From the NCBI GenBank assembly GCA_041548485.1, contig JBFESP010000007.1, positions 13,679 through 77,678 on the forward strand: a stretch of DNA of 64,000 bases, read 5' to 3'. The notes below the pieces were generated by a model that was not told the DNA's origin, searched no databases, and was given only the letters and a program-made list of their open reading frames with translations. The translations under genes and the position numbers were made by a program. The DNA is from Thermoplasmata archaeon. Lineage in GTDB: Archaea > Thermoplasmatota > Thermoplasmata > UBA10834. Of the stretch, positions 28,497 to 39,104 are shown one piece after another (within the stretch, counting starts at the first letter, position 1; the number at the start of each line of letters is the position of its first letter).

Positions 28497-29144
28497 TCAA
28501 GCCTCTACTCTGGCTGCCATCTTCTTCTTGATCTTCTTCAGGCGGAATATGTTGTCCCGCTCCATCTCCTCGAGCCTGAAACGGATGAATCGCTCTATCT
28601 CCCCGAGCTCCGGCAGCACCTTGAACTCGAGCGCGTTGACCCTCCTCTTCGTACGTTCGATCTCCTCAAGGAGCTTCTTCATGGTCGTCTCCAGCTCCGC
28701 GGCCTTCACGACCGTCTCGACGAGCTTCTCGTAGGCGTCCGCCGCCTCGTCTATCCTCGGGGAGGTTCCAATCACGCCATAGCCACGTTCGTCGAGCGGG
28801 GCGAATATCTTCGATGAGCTTATCTGAGGCACGACGACCCCCATCAGGTTCCTGGTCGTCAGCTGTATCTCGGGGTGTATCGTCAGGGCGTACGCGGCAG
28901 ATCTGACTGCCATGACACCGTCGACGGCGTTCGCCACTGCGATCTTCTCCGTCGCCTGCCTGTATTGCGCGGCTATCTCCGTCCGTAGGTCCTTCGCCCT
29001 GTCGAGTATCTCGAAGAACTCCATGATGAGCCCGTCGCGCTTGAGCTTGAGGATCTTGTGGCCGTTCTTGACCAGGCTGATCTTCTTGGTAACCTCGAGC
29101 AGCTCCGAACGCGTCGGCTGAACTTCCCTGACAGGCATCTCCAA
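28497..29144 (-). CDS. atpD: A-type ATP synthase subunit D
   Basis: Coiled-coil V/A-ATPase D signature (PTRSELLEVTKKISLVKNGHKILKLKRD) and operon position after atpB. Confidence 0.9.
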   Translation of the reverse strand: MEMPVREVQPTRSELLEVTKKISLVKNGHKILKLKRDGLIMEFFEILDRAKDLRTEIAAQYRQATEKIAVANAVDGVMAVRSAAYALTIHPEIQLTTRNLMGVVVPQISSSKIFAPLDERGYGVIGTSPRIDEAADAYEKLVETVVKAAELETTMKKLLEEIERTKRRVNALEFKVLPELGEIERFIRFRLEEMERDNIFRLKKIKKKMAARVEA

Positions 29145-29145
29145 C

Positions 29146-30525
29146 TCACTTCTTCTTCGTCGACGGATGATACTTCTCGATCAGCTTGCGGTCGATCTTG
29201 GTCAACGACTCCACCGGCAGCGCCGACAGGAGCTCCCATGCGAGGTCCAGGGTCTGCACTATCGTCCGATCCTCGTCGCTCCCCTGCCTGACGAGCCTGT
29301 CCTCGAACGCCTCCGCGAAATCGAGGAACTTGCGGTCCCTATCGGACAGGGCCTCCTTGCCGACGATGGCGACCAGGCCCCGGAGGTCCCGGCCCTCGGC
29401 GTATGTCGCGTACAGCTGGTCCGACACGGCCCTATGGTCCTCGCGCGTATGTCCCTCGCCGATCCCCTGACCCATGAGCCTCGATAGTGACCGCTCCACG
29501 GCGACGGGCGGGTAGATGCCCTTCCGATGCAGCTCTCTGGAGGCGACTATCTGTCCCTCCGTGATGTAGCCTGTCAGGTCCGGTATCGGGTGGGTGATGT
29601 CGTCACCTGGCATCGAGAGAATCGGGAACTGTGTTATCGACCCTTTCTTGCCCTTGATCCTTCCAGCACGCTCGTACATCCCCGCGAGGTCGGTGTACAT
29701 ATACCCGGGGTAGCCCCGCCTCGCAGGCACCTCCTCCCTCGCAGCGCCGATCTGTCTCAGCGCCTCGCAGTAGTTGGTGAGGTCTGTCAGGATGACGAGG
29801 ACGTGCATCTCCAAGTCGAATGCGAGATACTCGGCCGTCGTGAGCGCCAGCTTGGGCGTGAGCAGCCGCTCGATGGCGGGGTCGTCCGCCAGGTTCAGGA
29901 ACACGACCGCCCTCTTCAGAGCGCCGGTTCGCTCGAAGTCCTTCATGAAGTACTGCGCCTCCTCGCTTGTTATGCCCATGGCGCCGAAGACGACTGCGAA
30001 CTCCTCCCTCTCACCGAGCGTCTTCGCCTGTCGAGCGATCTGCAGGGCGATGTCGTTATGCGGCAGTCCTGAGCCCGAGAATATCGGGAGCTTCTGCCCT
30101 CTAACTAGCGTATTCATCCCGTCGATCGAGGATATGCCGGTCTGGATGAACTCCCTCGGGTTGTCCCTCGCGTACGGGTTGATCGCCGCCCCGATGATCT
30201 CTAAACGCTTCTCCGGTATGATCGGCGGGCCCTTGTCGAGAGGGTCGCCGGACCCCGAGAGTATCCTCCCGAGCATGTCTTTCGAGACGGGCATCTTCAG
30301 GGTCTCGCCGAGGAACTTGACGCCGGATGCCTTGTCAATCCCCCCGGTCCCCTCGAAAACCTGGACGACCACGACCTCGTCCGAGGTGTCGAGCACCTGC
30401 CCTCTCTTGGCCGTGCCATCGGGAAGGGCGATCGTCACGAGCTCGCCGTATGCGACGGGCTCGGTCTTCTCGACGAACACCAGCGGGCCGGCTATCTGGG
30501 AGATAGTGTGATACTCCTTGGTCAT
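29146..30525 (-). CDS. atpB: A-type ATP synthase subunit B
   Basis: Full-length similarity to the A/V-ATPase regulatory subunit ([15 protein letters not shown]..., ...[14 protein letters not shown]...). Confidence 0.95.
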   Translation of the reverse strand: MTKEYHTISQIAGPLVFVEKTEPVAYGELVTIALPDGTAKRGQVLDTSDEVVVVQVFEGTGGIDKASGVKFLGETLKMPVSKDMLGRILSGSGDPLDKGPPIIPEKRLEIIGAAINPYARDNPREFIQTGISSIDGMNTLVRGQKLPIFSGSGLPHNDIALQIARQAKTLGEREEFAVVFGAMGITSEEAQYFMKDFERTGALKRAVVFLNLADDPAIERLLTPKLALTTAEYLAFDLEMHVLVILTDLTNYCEALRQIGAAREEVPARRGYPGYMYTDLAGMYERAGRIKGKKGSITQFPILSMPGDDITHPIPDLTGYITEGQIVASRELHRKGIYPPVAVERSLSRLMGQGIGEGHTREDHRAVSDQLYATYAEGRDLRGLVAIVGKEALSDRDRKFLDFAEAFEDRLVRQGSDEDRTIVQTLDLAWELLSALPVESLTKIDRKLIEKYHPSTKKK

Positions 30526-30528
30526 CCT

Positions 30529-32265
30529 TCACACCCCCAGCTCCGAGAATTCGCGCTCCATCTGTCCGGCCATCCCCTTGAGGCCCTCGTCTATGTTCTC
30601 CTCGAACTTCAGCTTCCCGAGCTCGGTCCTGCACTTGAGCGACGTTATCTTCTCCAGCGGGACCTCCAGGGAGACTGCCTTCTTCGCGAGGTCGAAGTAT
30701 CGGCGGATGGCGCGCATGTATTCGTACTGCCTCTTCAGCGGGCTGTATGTGTCGACGGGATGATACGCACTCTGTTGCAGGAATATCTCCCTGATCATCC
30801 TGGCGACTTCGAGCGTGAGCTGCTCCTGCTCCGGCAGGGCGTCTGATCCGACGAGCTGCACTATCTCCTGCAGCTCCGACTCCTTCTGAAGCGTCTCCAT
30901 CGCCCATAGGCGGACCGAGCTCCAGTCCTCCGCGATGTTCTTACTGTACCACTCCTCGAGGATGGGGCTGTACAGGGAGTACGATGTGAGCCAGTTGATG
31001 GCGGGGAAGTGTCTCCGCTCCCTCAGCTTCGAGTCCAGAGCCCAGAACACCTTCACGATCCTCAGGGTGTTCTGAGTGACTGGTTCGCTGAAGTCCCCTC
31101 CGGAAGGCGATACCGCCCCGATCACGGATATGGAACCTGTCGGACCTGCGAGGGTCTTCACCCTCCCGCACCTCTCGTAGAACTCGGACAGCCTCGACGC
31201 GAGATAGGCAGGGTAACCCTCCTCTCCTGGCATCTCCTCCAGACGGGACGATATCTCCCTCATCGCCTCGGCCCACCTGGACGTGGAGTCGGCCATAAGC
31301 GACACGTCGTAGCCCATGTCCCTGTAGTACTCGGCGACGGTGATTCCGGTGTACACCGACGCCTCACGCGCGGCGACGGGCATGTTAGACGTGTTGGCGA
31401 TAAGGACCGTCCTGCCCATCAGCGGCTTGCCGGTCTTCGGGTCCTCCAGTTCCGGGAAGGACGTCAGCACCTCGGTCATCTCGTTGCCTCTCTCCCCGCA
31501 GCCGACGTAGACGACTATGTGAGCATCGCTCCATTTCGAAAGCTGCTGGGAAGTCACCGTCTTGCCGGTGCCGAACCCCCCTGGAATCGCGGCGGTGCCG
31601 CCTTTGGCCAGGGGGAACAGCGTGTCGAGCACGCGCTGTCCTGTCACGAGAGGTATATCGGGCAGCAGCTTCTCGGTGTACGGCCGCGATGTCCGGACCG
31701 CCCACCTCTGCATCATCCTCAAGACGTGCCCGTTCTCCAGCTCGCCCACGGGCTCCTCCACGGTGAACGCTCCCTCGGATATCGACCTGACCCTGCCGTT
31801 CACCTTGGGCGGGAGGAGCACGCGATGCACGAGATTGCCTTCCGGCACCTCACCGATGGCCATGCCGCCCTGGAGCTCGTCGCCCCTCTTCACCTTTGGC
31901 GTGAACTGCCACTTCTTAGCGGGGTCCAGCCCCGGAGCCGTCAGGCCGCGAGAGACAAAATCCCCCTCCTTCTCCTTCAGCACTGGTAGCGGCCTCTGCA
32001 CTCCGTCGTATATGCTCGAGAGCAGGCCCGGCCCCAGCTCGACCTGCAGCGGCTCACCCGTGTTGGAGACGGGCTCCCCCGGGCGTATGCCGGATGTGTC
32101 CTCGTACACCTGGATGATGGACCTGTCGCCCACGAGCTTGATGACCTCGCCCATGAGGCTGAGGTCTCCCACGAGCACGACATCGTACATCCTGGGAGAT
32201 ATCCCTTCTGCGGTGACGACCGGCCCTGCTATCCTGACGATCTTTCCCTTGCCCTGTTCCTCCAT
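30529..32265 (-). CDS. atpA: A-type ATP synthase catalytic subunit A
   Basis: [11 protein letters not shown]..., P-loop [10 protein letters not shown] and the non-homologous region. GGAGG lies upstream of ATG 32265; the ORF-track extension to 32358 overlaps atpF. Confidence 0.95.
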   Translation of the reverse strand: MEEQGKGKIVRIAGPVVTAEGISPRMYDVVLVGDLSLMGEVIKLVGDRSIIQVYEDTSGIRPGEPVSNTGEPLQVELGPGLLSSIYDGVQRPLPVLKEKEGDFVSRGLTAPGLDPAKKWQFTPKVKRGDELQGGMAIGEVPEGNLVHRVLLPPKVNGRVRSISEGAFTVEEPVGELENGHVLRMMQRWAVRTSRPYTEKLLPDIPLVTGQRVLDTLFPLAKGGTAAIPGGFGTGKTVTSQQLSKWSDAHIVVYVGCGERGNEMTEVLTSFPELEDPKTGKPLMGRTVLIANTSNMPVAAREASVYTGITVAEYYRDMGYDVSLMADSTSRWAEAMREISSRLEEMPGEEGYPAYLASRLSEFYERCGRVKTLAGPTGSISVIGAVSPSGGDFSEPVTQNTLRIVKVFWALDSKLRERRHFPAINWLTSYSLYSPILEEWYSKNIAEDWSSVRLWAMETLQKESELQEIVQLVGSDALPEQEQLTLEVARMIREIFLQQSAYHPVDTYSPLKRQYEYMRAIRRYFDLAKKAVSLEVPLEKITSLKCRTELGKLKFEENIDEGLKGMAGQMEREFSELGV

Positions 32266-32284
32266 GCGGATCGCTCCTCCTATC

Positions 32285-32584
32285 TCACTTTGTCTTGTAA
32301 AGGTCGATGCCCATCGCCCGTCGCACCTTGTCCCGGATGTCGCCCTCCTCCTCTCCAACCGGGATCACGACGGGGTCCACGCTGCCCATCATCCTATCCC
32401 TCAGGGGTGGTGGCAGCCCCTCGAGGTCCTTCGTGTGCACCGCGAGTATGCCGATGTCCGCCTCCTCCATCAACGAGACTATCGTCTCCTGCAGCTTCTC
32501 GGGTGGCACGCCGTGAACCTTCTTTATGCCGGCAAGCCTGAACCCGATGACGAAATCCTCAGACCCGACGACCGCTATCTCCAT
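32285..32584 (-). CDS. atpF: A-type ATP synthase subunit F
   Basis: 99 aa beginning [20 protein letters not shown], typical of V/A-ATPase F; operon position. Confidence 0.88.
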   Translation of the reverse strand: MEIAVVGSEDFVIGFRLAGIKKVHGVPPEKLQETIVSLMEEADIGILAVHTKDLEGLPPPLRDRMMGSVDPVVIPVGEEEGDIRDKVRRAMGIDLYKTK

Positions 32585-32585
32585 C

Positions 32586-33656
32586 TCACATCACCAACAG
32601 ATCCTCTATCACTTCGTTCGAGAGGGCCCTCTCCTTGCCCCTCGCGATTATCCTGATGTTGTCCACCTCGACCTTCTTCCTGATCATGTAATCGATGATC
32701 GGAAGGACGGATAGTGGATAATACCTGCCGAACTTCTCGGCAGTGCGGATCAACGCCTTGTCGAGCGCGATTGTGAGGCCCGACAGCTTCTGATCCTCCT
32801 TGAACCGCTCCATGCTCGGTTTGATGGTCTCATACATGGACGATTTCTCCAGCTCCTCCAATATCTGATCCACCCCGGGACTCTGCGCCATCGCCCTCAT
32901 ACGGTCCATCCTGAATTCCATGCCACCGGTGATCAGGTACTTCTGCACCTTATCCTCGGGGAGGCCTTCGGCCTTGAGCTTCAGAAGCACCTTGAGGTTC
33001 GTCACATCGATCTCCCTTCGTATGAAATCCCGGAGAAGCATAGTCGCGCTGTTGGTCGGCTCGATCACGTCCAGAAGGTCGTGGTACATCATCATGTCGA
33101 GGTGGTCCTCGAACGCTGCGAGCTTTCCCGCTTCGACGACGTCCCGCTCCACCTCAGGTGAGATCCTCAGCGAGGGGTGCTTCGCCAGCTCCTCGATCAC
33201 GGCCCTGGTCGATTCCATCGCGATGAGCGATTTCAGATAGGCTTCCGAGAAGGCACCGGCAGGCACGATCGTGTCAACGACCTCGTCCGGCTGCGCGCCG
33301 GACACCTTGCCCCGTAGTACCGTCTTCACGTTGAACGTGTCCCATCGTCTTAGATAGTTGCCGACCATGTTCCTCAGACGGCCGGTGGTGAAGCCCAGCA
33401 CGTCGGAGTAGGTCTCGGCCAGGTTCCGGGTCACTGCGACCTCGACGAGGTCGGCCCCGGAGTAGCGGGATGCGTAGTACGTCACCTCGTCCCGGTATCG
33501 GGTCTCGCCGAGGAACCGCCCTATCGCGTGAACGTCCATCATGAGCAGACGGGAGTATACGTCCCTCGAGAGGAGGAACTTCTTCCGCGCCTTGACCCGT
33601 GCGCACGCATAGGCGTAATTGCCTCTCCGGCCGAAGACCTTCATGGACACCCTCAT
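32586..33656 (-). CDS. atpC: A-type ATP synthase subunit C
   Basis: NYAYACARVKARKKFLL start and an all-helical ~355-aa protein. ATG 33656 forms an ATGA overlap with the atpE stop; the ORF-track N-terminal extension was discarded. Confidence 0.88.
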   Translation of the reverse strand: MRVSMKVFGRRGNYAYACARVKARKKFLLSRDVYSRLLMMDVHAIGRFLGETRYRDEVTYYASRYSGADLVEVAVTRNLAETYSDVLGFTTGRLRNMVGNYLRRWDTFNVKTVLRGKVSGAQPDEVVDTIVPAGAFSEAYLKSLIAMESTRAVIEELAKHPSLRISPEVERDVVEAGKLAAFEDHLDMMMYHDLLDVIEPTNSATMLLRDFIRREIDVTNLKVLLKLKAEGLPEDKVQKYLITGGMEFRMDRMRAMAQSPGVDQILEELEKSSMYETIKPSMERFKEDQKLSGLTIALDKALIRTAEKFGRYYPLSVLPIIDYMIRKKVEVDNIRIIARGKERALSNEVIEDLLVM

Positions 33657-34219
33657 CCGAACAGCTGGGTGTAGATCTCGTTCATCTTCTTGCCCCAGAT
33701 ATCCTCCAGCATGGTCTCGAACCTGTAGTCCAGTCTCACCGTGCGGTCCTTGCTCTCGAAGACCAGGCCACCTAGACACTCGATGGTCCCGCCGTTCGAA
33801 ATCCTCGGCGGTAGCTTCAGCAACGCGTTGTCAGCCTTGTTCGAATAGACATAGCAGTCACCGAGTATTCCCTCCGCCTTGGAGAAAAGTCTGGCGTACA
33901 GCGTCTCCTTCTCATCCTGTGGATACACGGCCAGCTCGGCGAGGGTCCGCTCCCTGAGGTCTTCGAGGACTTCACGCTGTGCTGATAGCAGCATCTTGCG
34001 CGATTCGAGCTCTGCGCTCGACAGCTCGTGCTGCTCCAGCTGTGCGATCTGCGCCTCCATCCTCTCACGCGCCCGCTCACTACCCGCCTTCGTCTCCAGG
34101 TCTGCGGACCGGATCTGTTCGGCCTGCTCGCGCTCTCCCTGGCGGATTATCTCCTGCGCCCGCTCCTCCCCCTTCCGAAGGATGTCTTCGATCAACTTCT
34201 CCAAGCCCATAGTCCTCAC
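33653..34219 (-). CDS. atpE: A-type ATP synthase subunit E
   Basis: Charged N-terminal helix (LEKLIEDILRKGEERAQEIIRQGE) and a globular C-terminus. Start is GTG 34219 or ATG 34210. Confidence 0.85.
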   Translation of the reverse strand: MRTMGLEKLIEDILRKGEERAQEIIRQGEREQAEQIRSADLETKAGSERARERMEAQIAQLEQHELSSAELESRKMLLSAQREVLEDLRERTLAELAVYPQDEKETLYARLFSKAEGILGDCYVYSNKADNALLKLPPRISNGGTIECLGGLVFESKDRTVRLDYRFETMLEDIWGKKMNEIYTQLFG

Positions 34220-34269
34220 GCTCTTCTGTCCGCGACATACTGGCGTTCAGCTCTTGTCGTCGGGCCGGA

Positions 34270-34497
34270 CTACACCTTTCCGTACAGCAAGAACGCGACC
34301 ACGAAGCCGAGGATCACTATCGTCTCGGGAAGGACCAGCAATATCATGCCCTTTCCGAACATCTTCGGATCCTCGGCGGTCGCGCCGACCGCTGCCGCGC
34401 CTATCTGACCCTGCGCCAAACCGGTGCCGATCCCCGCGAGACCCAGTGCGATCCCCGCGCCGATCAACGCCATTCCCTGTGCGTCAAACTCTAGCAT
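34270..34497 (-). CDS. atpK: A-type ATP synthase proteolipid subunit K (single hairpin)
   Basis: 75 aa and two TM helices. Gly-rich helix 1 (GAGIALGLAGIGTGLAQG) and the ion-binding Glu in LPETIVILG. Confidence 0.9.
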   Translation of the reverse strand: MLEFDAQGMALIGAGIALGLAGIGTGLAQGQIGAAAVGATAEDPKMFGKGMILLVLPETIVILGFVVAFLLYGKV

Positions 34498-36503
34498 TTC
34501 ACTCCACCTTCTTCCACTGCCTTACCTGTCGAGTGCCTCCGCTCGTATTTCAAAGGTTCGAAGTCCACTCCTCCGCCCTCGAAGAACTTGAGGAAGAACT
34601 CGACATAGTTTAGCCTGATTGCCTGAATCCCGGCGGACAATGCGCCGAGGAAGAACACGAAGAACATCTGTGTCACGAAGAGGGCGAGCGCCCCTGCGAT
34701 TGCGATGCCGATGTTCCCACTGTCGAATATGAGAGGGAACAGCATCGTGTTGAATGCCAATGCCATCGCGCCCTTTCCGACGGCGAGCGCAGCCAGCCTC
34801 GTGTACGACACCAGGTTCGTGAACAGCCCGATCACCTCTGTGAGGGCGAGGGCGCCCTCTGTGAACGGCAACGCCAAAACGCCTACCACGATGAGCACGA
34901 CCGCCGGGATGGACACGGTCGTCCCAACGATGGCTATCGTGGCATCGGGGAGAAATGCGAGAACCGTGGAGTTCACCATCTCGCTCGTCTCTGTCGCGTT
35001 GCCGGCTATCACCATGATCTCGGCGAACATGCCGAAGAGTATCGGGAGCCATGCGACCTTAGCAAGGGCGTGCCTCATGTTGTGTTTCATGTGGTTCATG
35101 AACCCGAAGACGAACCCGAGCGTGAGATGCAACCATCCTGCGAGAATCGATATCGCGAGCAGTTCCTTGATGTCGTGCATCTTGTCTAGCATATGATGGA
35201 GCGGAATGTCCGCAACGACCTCCCATGAGTGCTCGTCATGCGAGCCCTCCGGCGGATGAAATGGAACGCCGAACGCCTCCGCGAATACGAAGAGGCCGAA
35301 GACGCTCGCCACCAGCCCTCCAGCCATGATTATCGTGCCGAGGCGCTTGAGGTCGGGGTACTCCTTCAGCTTGAGCGTCATGACCAGCCCCAGCAGGAAC
35401 AGGCCCATGCCGAACCCGACATCTCCGATCATGAAGCCGAAGAAGAGCGGGAAGGTGACGAACAGTACGAAGGTGGGGTCGAGTTCCCTGTAACGCGGAG
35501 TAGACACAAGGCTTATGAAGAATTCGAACGGGCGGACTGGCCCCGGGTTCTTCAGCTTGACCGGGGGCTCGTCTTCGTGGTTCGCAGGCGTCGTCTCGAT
35601 GAAGGCGAGGCCGCGGCACGTCTTCTCCAGCTCGCCATGGACCCCCTTCACCTTGACTGTAGGCATCCATCCGTCGATGACGAATGAATGCTGACTCGTT
35701 GCGATGCGCAAAGGCGTCTCCGCCTTCATCACCTCAATCGCCAGATGTTCTTCGGATGCGATGATTAGGTCAGCAAACCGCTTCCTCGAGCCTTCAAGTT
35801 CGCCCTCGATCCTCTCTAGGTCTTTCTGCAGCTCGACCACGTCGGCGCGGTTCCTGTCCACGATCTGGTCTATCCTGCCGGTCACCTCTGGAGGCTTGAT
35901 CTCCTGAAAGCCGTGCTCCGCAAGGATACGACCGGCATCCAGTTGGCGGTCCAGTCTCACGAAGAGGGCCAACGCCACCCCGCCCACAGCACCTGCTTTG
36001 AACAGCTCGTACTCGCCAATCTTCGCCTTGAGGGATTCCTCGGGGTCAGTCTTGCACAGTCCGGCGAGGACCGATACGCTCTCGTATCCTGAGAGATCCT
36101 CTACCCTGAGACCGAACGAGGAGAACGGTTCGAGCGCGCGGATCTCGGACTCCTTCTCCCTCATGAGGGAGTGTATTTTCTGTTTCGATTCGACCTTTCC
36201 TGAGATGTTCAGGTCCATCGTGACGAGCGCCTGGTCGAGCTTCCCCTCGATCTCATCGGCGGGGACCTTCTGCGATGGTCTGTGGCTGTCTATCTCGAGC
36301 GACCGGATCATCGCCCTGAGCTTGAGGAGTTTCTGGGAGGCCGCAGACGCCCTCGGGAACGGCTGTCCGATGTTGAAGTCTCCCTCCTCGGTGAAATCTA
36401 TGAGATGCAGCGCCCCAAAGTCGAAGAGGCATTCGATGGTCGCATCCAAGCTGTCCATCGAACCTACGACGACCACCCGAGTCATCGGCTCGGGTCTAAG
36501 CAT
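34491..36503 (-). CDS. atpI: A-type ATP synthase subunit I (a-subunit homologue)
   Basis: MLRPEPMTRVVVVG start, a cytoplasmic N-terminal half and a polytopic C-terminal half with a conserved Arg region (SYTRLAALAV). Confidence 0.92.
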   Translation of the reverse strand: MLRPEPMTRVVVVGSMDSLDATIECLFDFGALHLIDFTEEGDFNIGQPFPRASAASQKLLKLRAMIRSLEIDSHRPSQKVPADEIEGKLDQALVTMDLNISGKVESKQKIHSLMREKESEIRALEPFSSFGLRVEDLSGYESVSVLAGLCKTDPEESLKAKIGEYELFKAGAVGGVALALFVRLDRQLDAGRILAEHGFQEIKPPEVTGRIDQIVDRNRADVVELQKDLERIEGELEGSRKRFADLIIASEEHLAIEVMKAETPLRIATSQHSFVIDGWMPTVKVKGVHGELEKTCRGLAFIETTPANHEDEPPVKLKNPGPVRPFEFFISLVSTPRYRELDPTFVLFVTFPLFFGFMIGDVGFGMGLFLLGLVMTLKLKEYPDLKRLGTIIMAGGLVASVFGLFVFAEAFGVPFHPPEGSHDEHSWEVVADIPLHHMLDKMHDIKELLAISILAGWLHLTLGFVFGFMNHMKHNMRHALAKVAWLPILFGMFAEIMVIAGNATETSEMVNSTVLAFLPDATIAIVGTTVSIPAVVLIVVGVLALPFTEGALALTEVIGLFTNLVSYTRLAALAVGKGAMALAFNTMLFPLIFDSGNIGIAIAGALALFVTQMFFVFFLGALSAGIQAIRLNYVEFFLKFFEGGGVDFEPLKYERRHSTGKAVEEGGVKC

Positions 36504-36831
36504 CGGCTGCCCTCTCGAACTCGGATAAAACGAAGGCTTTCACCTTCACGGTGCTACGCTTGGCGTTGGTCGCGAGCGCCTCGGCGCGTCTCGCTCCTTC
36601 CTCGAGGACCGCCTTCTTCCGGACCTCGATCTGCGTCCTCGCGCCAGACATGCGCGAGTCGAGTTCCTTCTTGAGTTCGGCCTCGGCCGCCTCAGCATTC
36701 TGAAAGGCAAGGCGTTTCCCCTCGGCCTGCAGCTGCCTCCTCCGGTCCTCGGCCGCCTTAAGCGTGACCTCGACCTTCACCTCAGCCTCGCGGATTTGAT
36801 TAAGGATGTCGGCCTTGCCCATGGATGACAT
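36496..36831 (-). CDS. atpH: A-type ATP synthase subunit H
   Basis: Small, highly charged helical protein (ILNQIREAEVKVEVTLKAAEDRRRQL) and first gene of the operon. ATG 36831 sits about 26 nt downstream of the TATA box. Confidence 0.8.
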   Translation of the reverse strand: MSSMGKADILNQIREAEVKVEVTLKAAEDRRRQLQAEGKRLAFQNAEAAEAELKKELDSRMSGARTQIEVRKKAVLEEGARRAEALATNAKRSTVKVKAFVLSEFERAADA

Positions 36832-36856
36832 GCCCCGGTCAGCTGATGCCGTCAGC

Positions 36857-36865
36857 ATATAAATA
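36857..36865 (-). promoter_or_regulatory. TATA box of the atpHIKECFABD operon
   Basis: Minus strand reads TATTTATAT, about 26 nt upstream of ATG 36831 (leaderless). The ORF-track start codon at 36858 lies inside this box. Confidence 0.5.
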
Positions 36866-37083
36866 GACTACGAGCAAGGATGGGTGGACGCAGAGGGGTA
36901 TGTCTCCGGAGTATGACAATCGTGTCCGACGATCCCCCCTACGGTGCACAGCGGAAGATGGGCATGGACACAGTTGTGCATTTCGAGCTTACTGACTCGC
37001 GGCAACCTTATACCCCGTATCAGCACTCTGGAGGAAGGCGAGGAGCCGACGACGCGCTCCTTGGAAGGGGGGATGAAACGATC

Positions 37084-38421
37084 ATGATTTCGTGTCAAGG
37101 GGGCGCGGCGGCTCGGTCTTTTGCTGTCGCATTGGCCGTCTTCGCGGCGTTGACATTGCCGACGATGCTCGGGCCGTACGGCGTAGACTCCTCGAACGCC
37201 GGAGTTGCGGGGGGGCCGGAGGATACCGTTAGGAAGTGGACGATTGCCATGTATTGGGCGAGCGACAACAACCTCGATGGGGACACAGAGCACTTCATGG
37301 AACTCTGGATGGAGCATATGACGAACAGAGAGGATGTCGCGCTGTGCGTCTTCCTCGACCGGCTGGAGCTGCCGGCGAACATCAGCACGCTCACCGAAGA
37401 TGGATGGACGGAGATCGAGTGCCTGGGTGAAGTGAACTCCTCATCGCCGGACACTCTCGCATCGTTCGTCACCTATGCCTTGACGGAGCCGGACTTGGTG
37501 TCCGAGAACTTCATGCTCATGGTGCAGAACCACGGAAATGGATACCTGGGTCTATGCAGCGACGAGGGGTTGCCTGACTCGGACCTGGCGAAGGCGTGGA
37601 TGTCGATAGACGATCTCGGCCGGGGCATACGTGACGCCTTGGACGCGACGCAGAGATCGATAGACATCATCTCACTCGACGCTTGCACGCTCGGCACGGT
37701 CGAGATCGCCTATGAGCTCAGGGAGACCGCGTCGTACATGGTCTCGTCCCAGCTAGGCGTGCCGTTCGACGGACAGAACTACATAGCCTTGATGTCCGGC
37801 CTCTCGGAGAACCCGGATATCACACCGGAGGACCTCGCGTGCAAGCTCGTTGATGACTACGAAGATTGGTATTCCGCGCCGTTGCATACATACCCGACCC
37901 TGTATCCCTACATGCAGGACTTCGCATCGCTCTCAGTCGTCGATCTGAACGCACTCGGTCCGCTAATCGACGCATTCGGTTCGTTCAAGGACGCTGTGAC
38001 CCCGAAGGACAATTCGATAGGCAAGTACCTCAAAACCGCGGCGGTCCACGCGGACGTGTCTCTATGGATAAACAACATGGGAGTGTGGTTCTATCCCGAC
38101 ATCATGGTCATGTTCGCCACCCTCGGCGAGAGTCTGAGGGGGGGCTATCCTGCCGTGGCTACATGTTGCGACGCAGTCGTCGACGCCGCAGACGTGGCAA
38201 TCATACATAGCTGGGCCAGTTGGAGGATACAGGGAAAGGCGACCGGCCTCTCTGTATTCGTATGCCCGTCGATAGGCGTGTACGAGGCATACTGGGACTC
38301 GATGGGGAGAGCGTACGACAGCATCGACCTCGACTTCGTCTCCGACTCGGAGTGGAATGTCGTGCTCGAAACGTACTACTTCACGACGAAGATGTACGGC
38401 AACCCGCCACCCGTCGCCTGA
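37084..38421 (+). CDS. secreted clostripain-like (peptidase C11) cysteine protease
   Basis: WTIAMYWASDNNLDGD..., catalytic His in VQNHGNGY, catalytic Cys in ISLDACTLGTVEIAYELRETASYMVSSQ. Signal-like MISCQGGAAARSFAVALAVFAALTLP at the chosen start. Confidence 0.75.
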   Translation: MISCQGGAAARSFAVALAVFAALTLPTMLGPYGVDSSNAGVAGGPEDTVRKWTIAMYWASDNNLDGDTEHFMELWMEHMTNREDVALCVFLDRLELPANISTLTEDGWTEIECLGEVNSSSPDTLASFVTYALTEPDLVSENFMLMVQNHGNGYLGLCSDEGLPDSDLAKAWMSIDDLGRGIRDALDATQRSIDIISLDACTLGTVEIAYELRETASYMVSSQLGVPFDGQNYIALMSGLSENPDITPEDLACKLVDDYEDWYSAPLHTYPTLYPYMQDFASLSVVDLNALGPLIDAFGSFKDAVTPKDNSIGKYLKTAAVHADVSLWINNMGVWFYPDIMVMFATLGESLRGGYPAVATCCDAVVDAADVAIIHSWASWRIQGKATGLSVFVCPSIGVYEAYWDSMGRAYDSIDLDFVSDSEWNVVLETYYFTTKMYGNPPPVA

Positions 38422-38462
38422 GAGACCGGCCCGCCGATGGCACGAGCTCTCGATCGCACGCC

Positions 38463-38951
38463 CTACTGCTGCTGCCCAAGCTTGCCCACGAAATCATCGG
38501 GGTCCATGCGGACGACCTCGAGCCCTGCCTGCTTGAGAAGTTCGAGACCAGCGAGGTCGGAGTAGTCGCCGATGTAGACCACCCGCGCGACCTGCGCGTT
38601 GAGGATCATGCGCGCGCATATCGGGCATGGGACGATCGTCGAGTACAAAGTGGACCCGCGAGAGTTAGTGCCCGCCTGGATCAGAGCGTTCTGCTCCGCG
38701 TGGACGGCGGTGCATGTTTCGAGCATAGTGCCGGAGGGAATGCCGAGCTTGTCCCGGATGCAGCCGACCGCCTCACAATGGGGCAGCCCTCTCGGGTTGC
38801 CGTTGTAGCCCGTACTCTTGATTGCCCCCACGTCGCTCACGAGTATAGCGCCAATCTGCCTCCGAGTGCATGTGCTTCTGCGCGATACCTCGATGGCTAT
38901 GTTCATGAAGTAACGGTCCTTTGATATCCGTCTGTTCTCGTGGCGAGACAT
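38463..38951 (-). CDS. dCMP deaminase (ComEB-type cytidine/deoxycytidylate deaminase)
   Basis: HAEQNAL and PCPICARMI zinc-binding motifs. CTTAAAAAA TATA-like box upstream of ATG 38951. Confidence 0.88.
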   Translation of the reverse strand: MSRHENRRISKDRYFMNIAIEVSRRSTCTRRQIGAILVSDVGAIKSTGYNGNPRGLPHCEAVGCIRDKLGIPSGTMLETCTAVHAEQNALIQAGTNSRGSTLYSTIVPCPICARMILNAQVARVVYIGDYSDLAGLELLKQAGLEVVRMDPDDFVGKLGQQQ

Positions 38952-39104
38952 CTCGACCTGCGCCCCCTCGCGTGAACGATACCGGCCTTTTTTAAGTTGC
39001 GCCTTCCGAGGCGGCATCCGCCTGGCTCCTGGGCGCTCAGAAGGATAGATATACGGACCCTGTTCTTATGCAGGATGGCAGAGTGACCTGCCAGAGGGGT
39101 TGTA

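Noticed and set aside
32266-32358. N-terminal extensions given by the ORF track for atpA. The same applies to atpC 33657-33779, atpH 36832-36858, PPS 7741-7929, C11 protease 36880-37083, PolD-small 26764-26910, orc1 42518-42595, KaiC 22152-22211, UPF0201 25915-25989, HPS-RraA 62143-62256, dCMP deaminase 38952-39017 and the surface protein 19043-19090.
   Set aside because: The extensions overlap upstream genes, TATA boxes or ORB elements, and they lack similarity to the respective families. Internal ATG or GTG codons with an SD or with TATA spacing of 25-35 nt fit better.
31009-32656. 326-aa and 364-aa plus-strand ORFs across atpA, atpF and atpC. Similar ORFs occur at 33879-34613 and 57667-58287.
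   Set aside because: They are antisense to strongly supported genes and have low-complexity Pro/Arg/Ser-rich translations.
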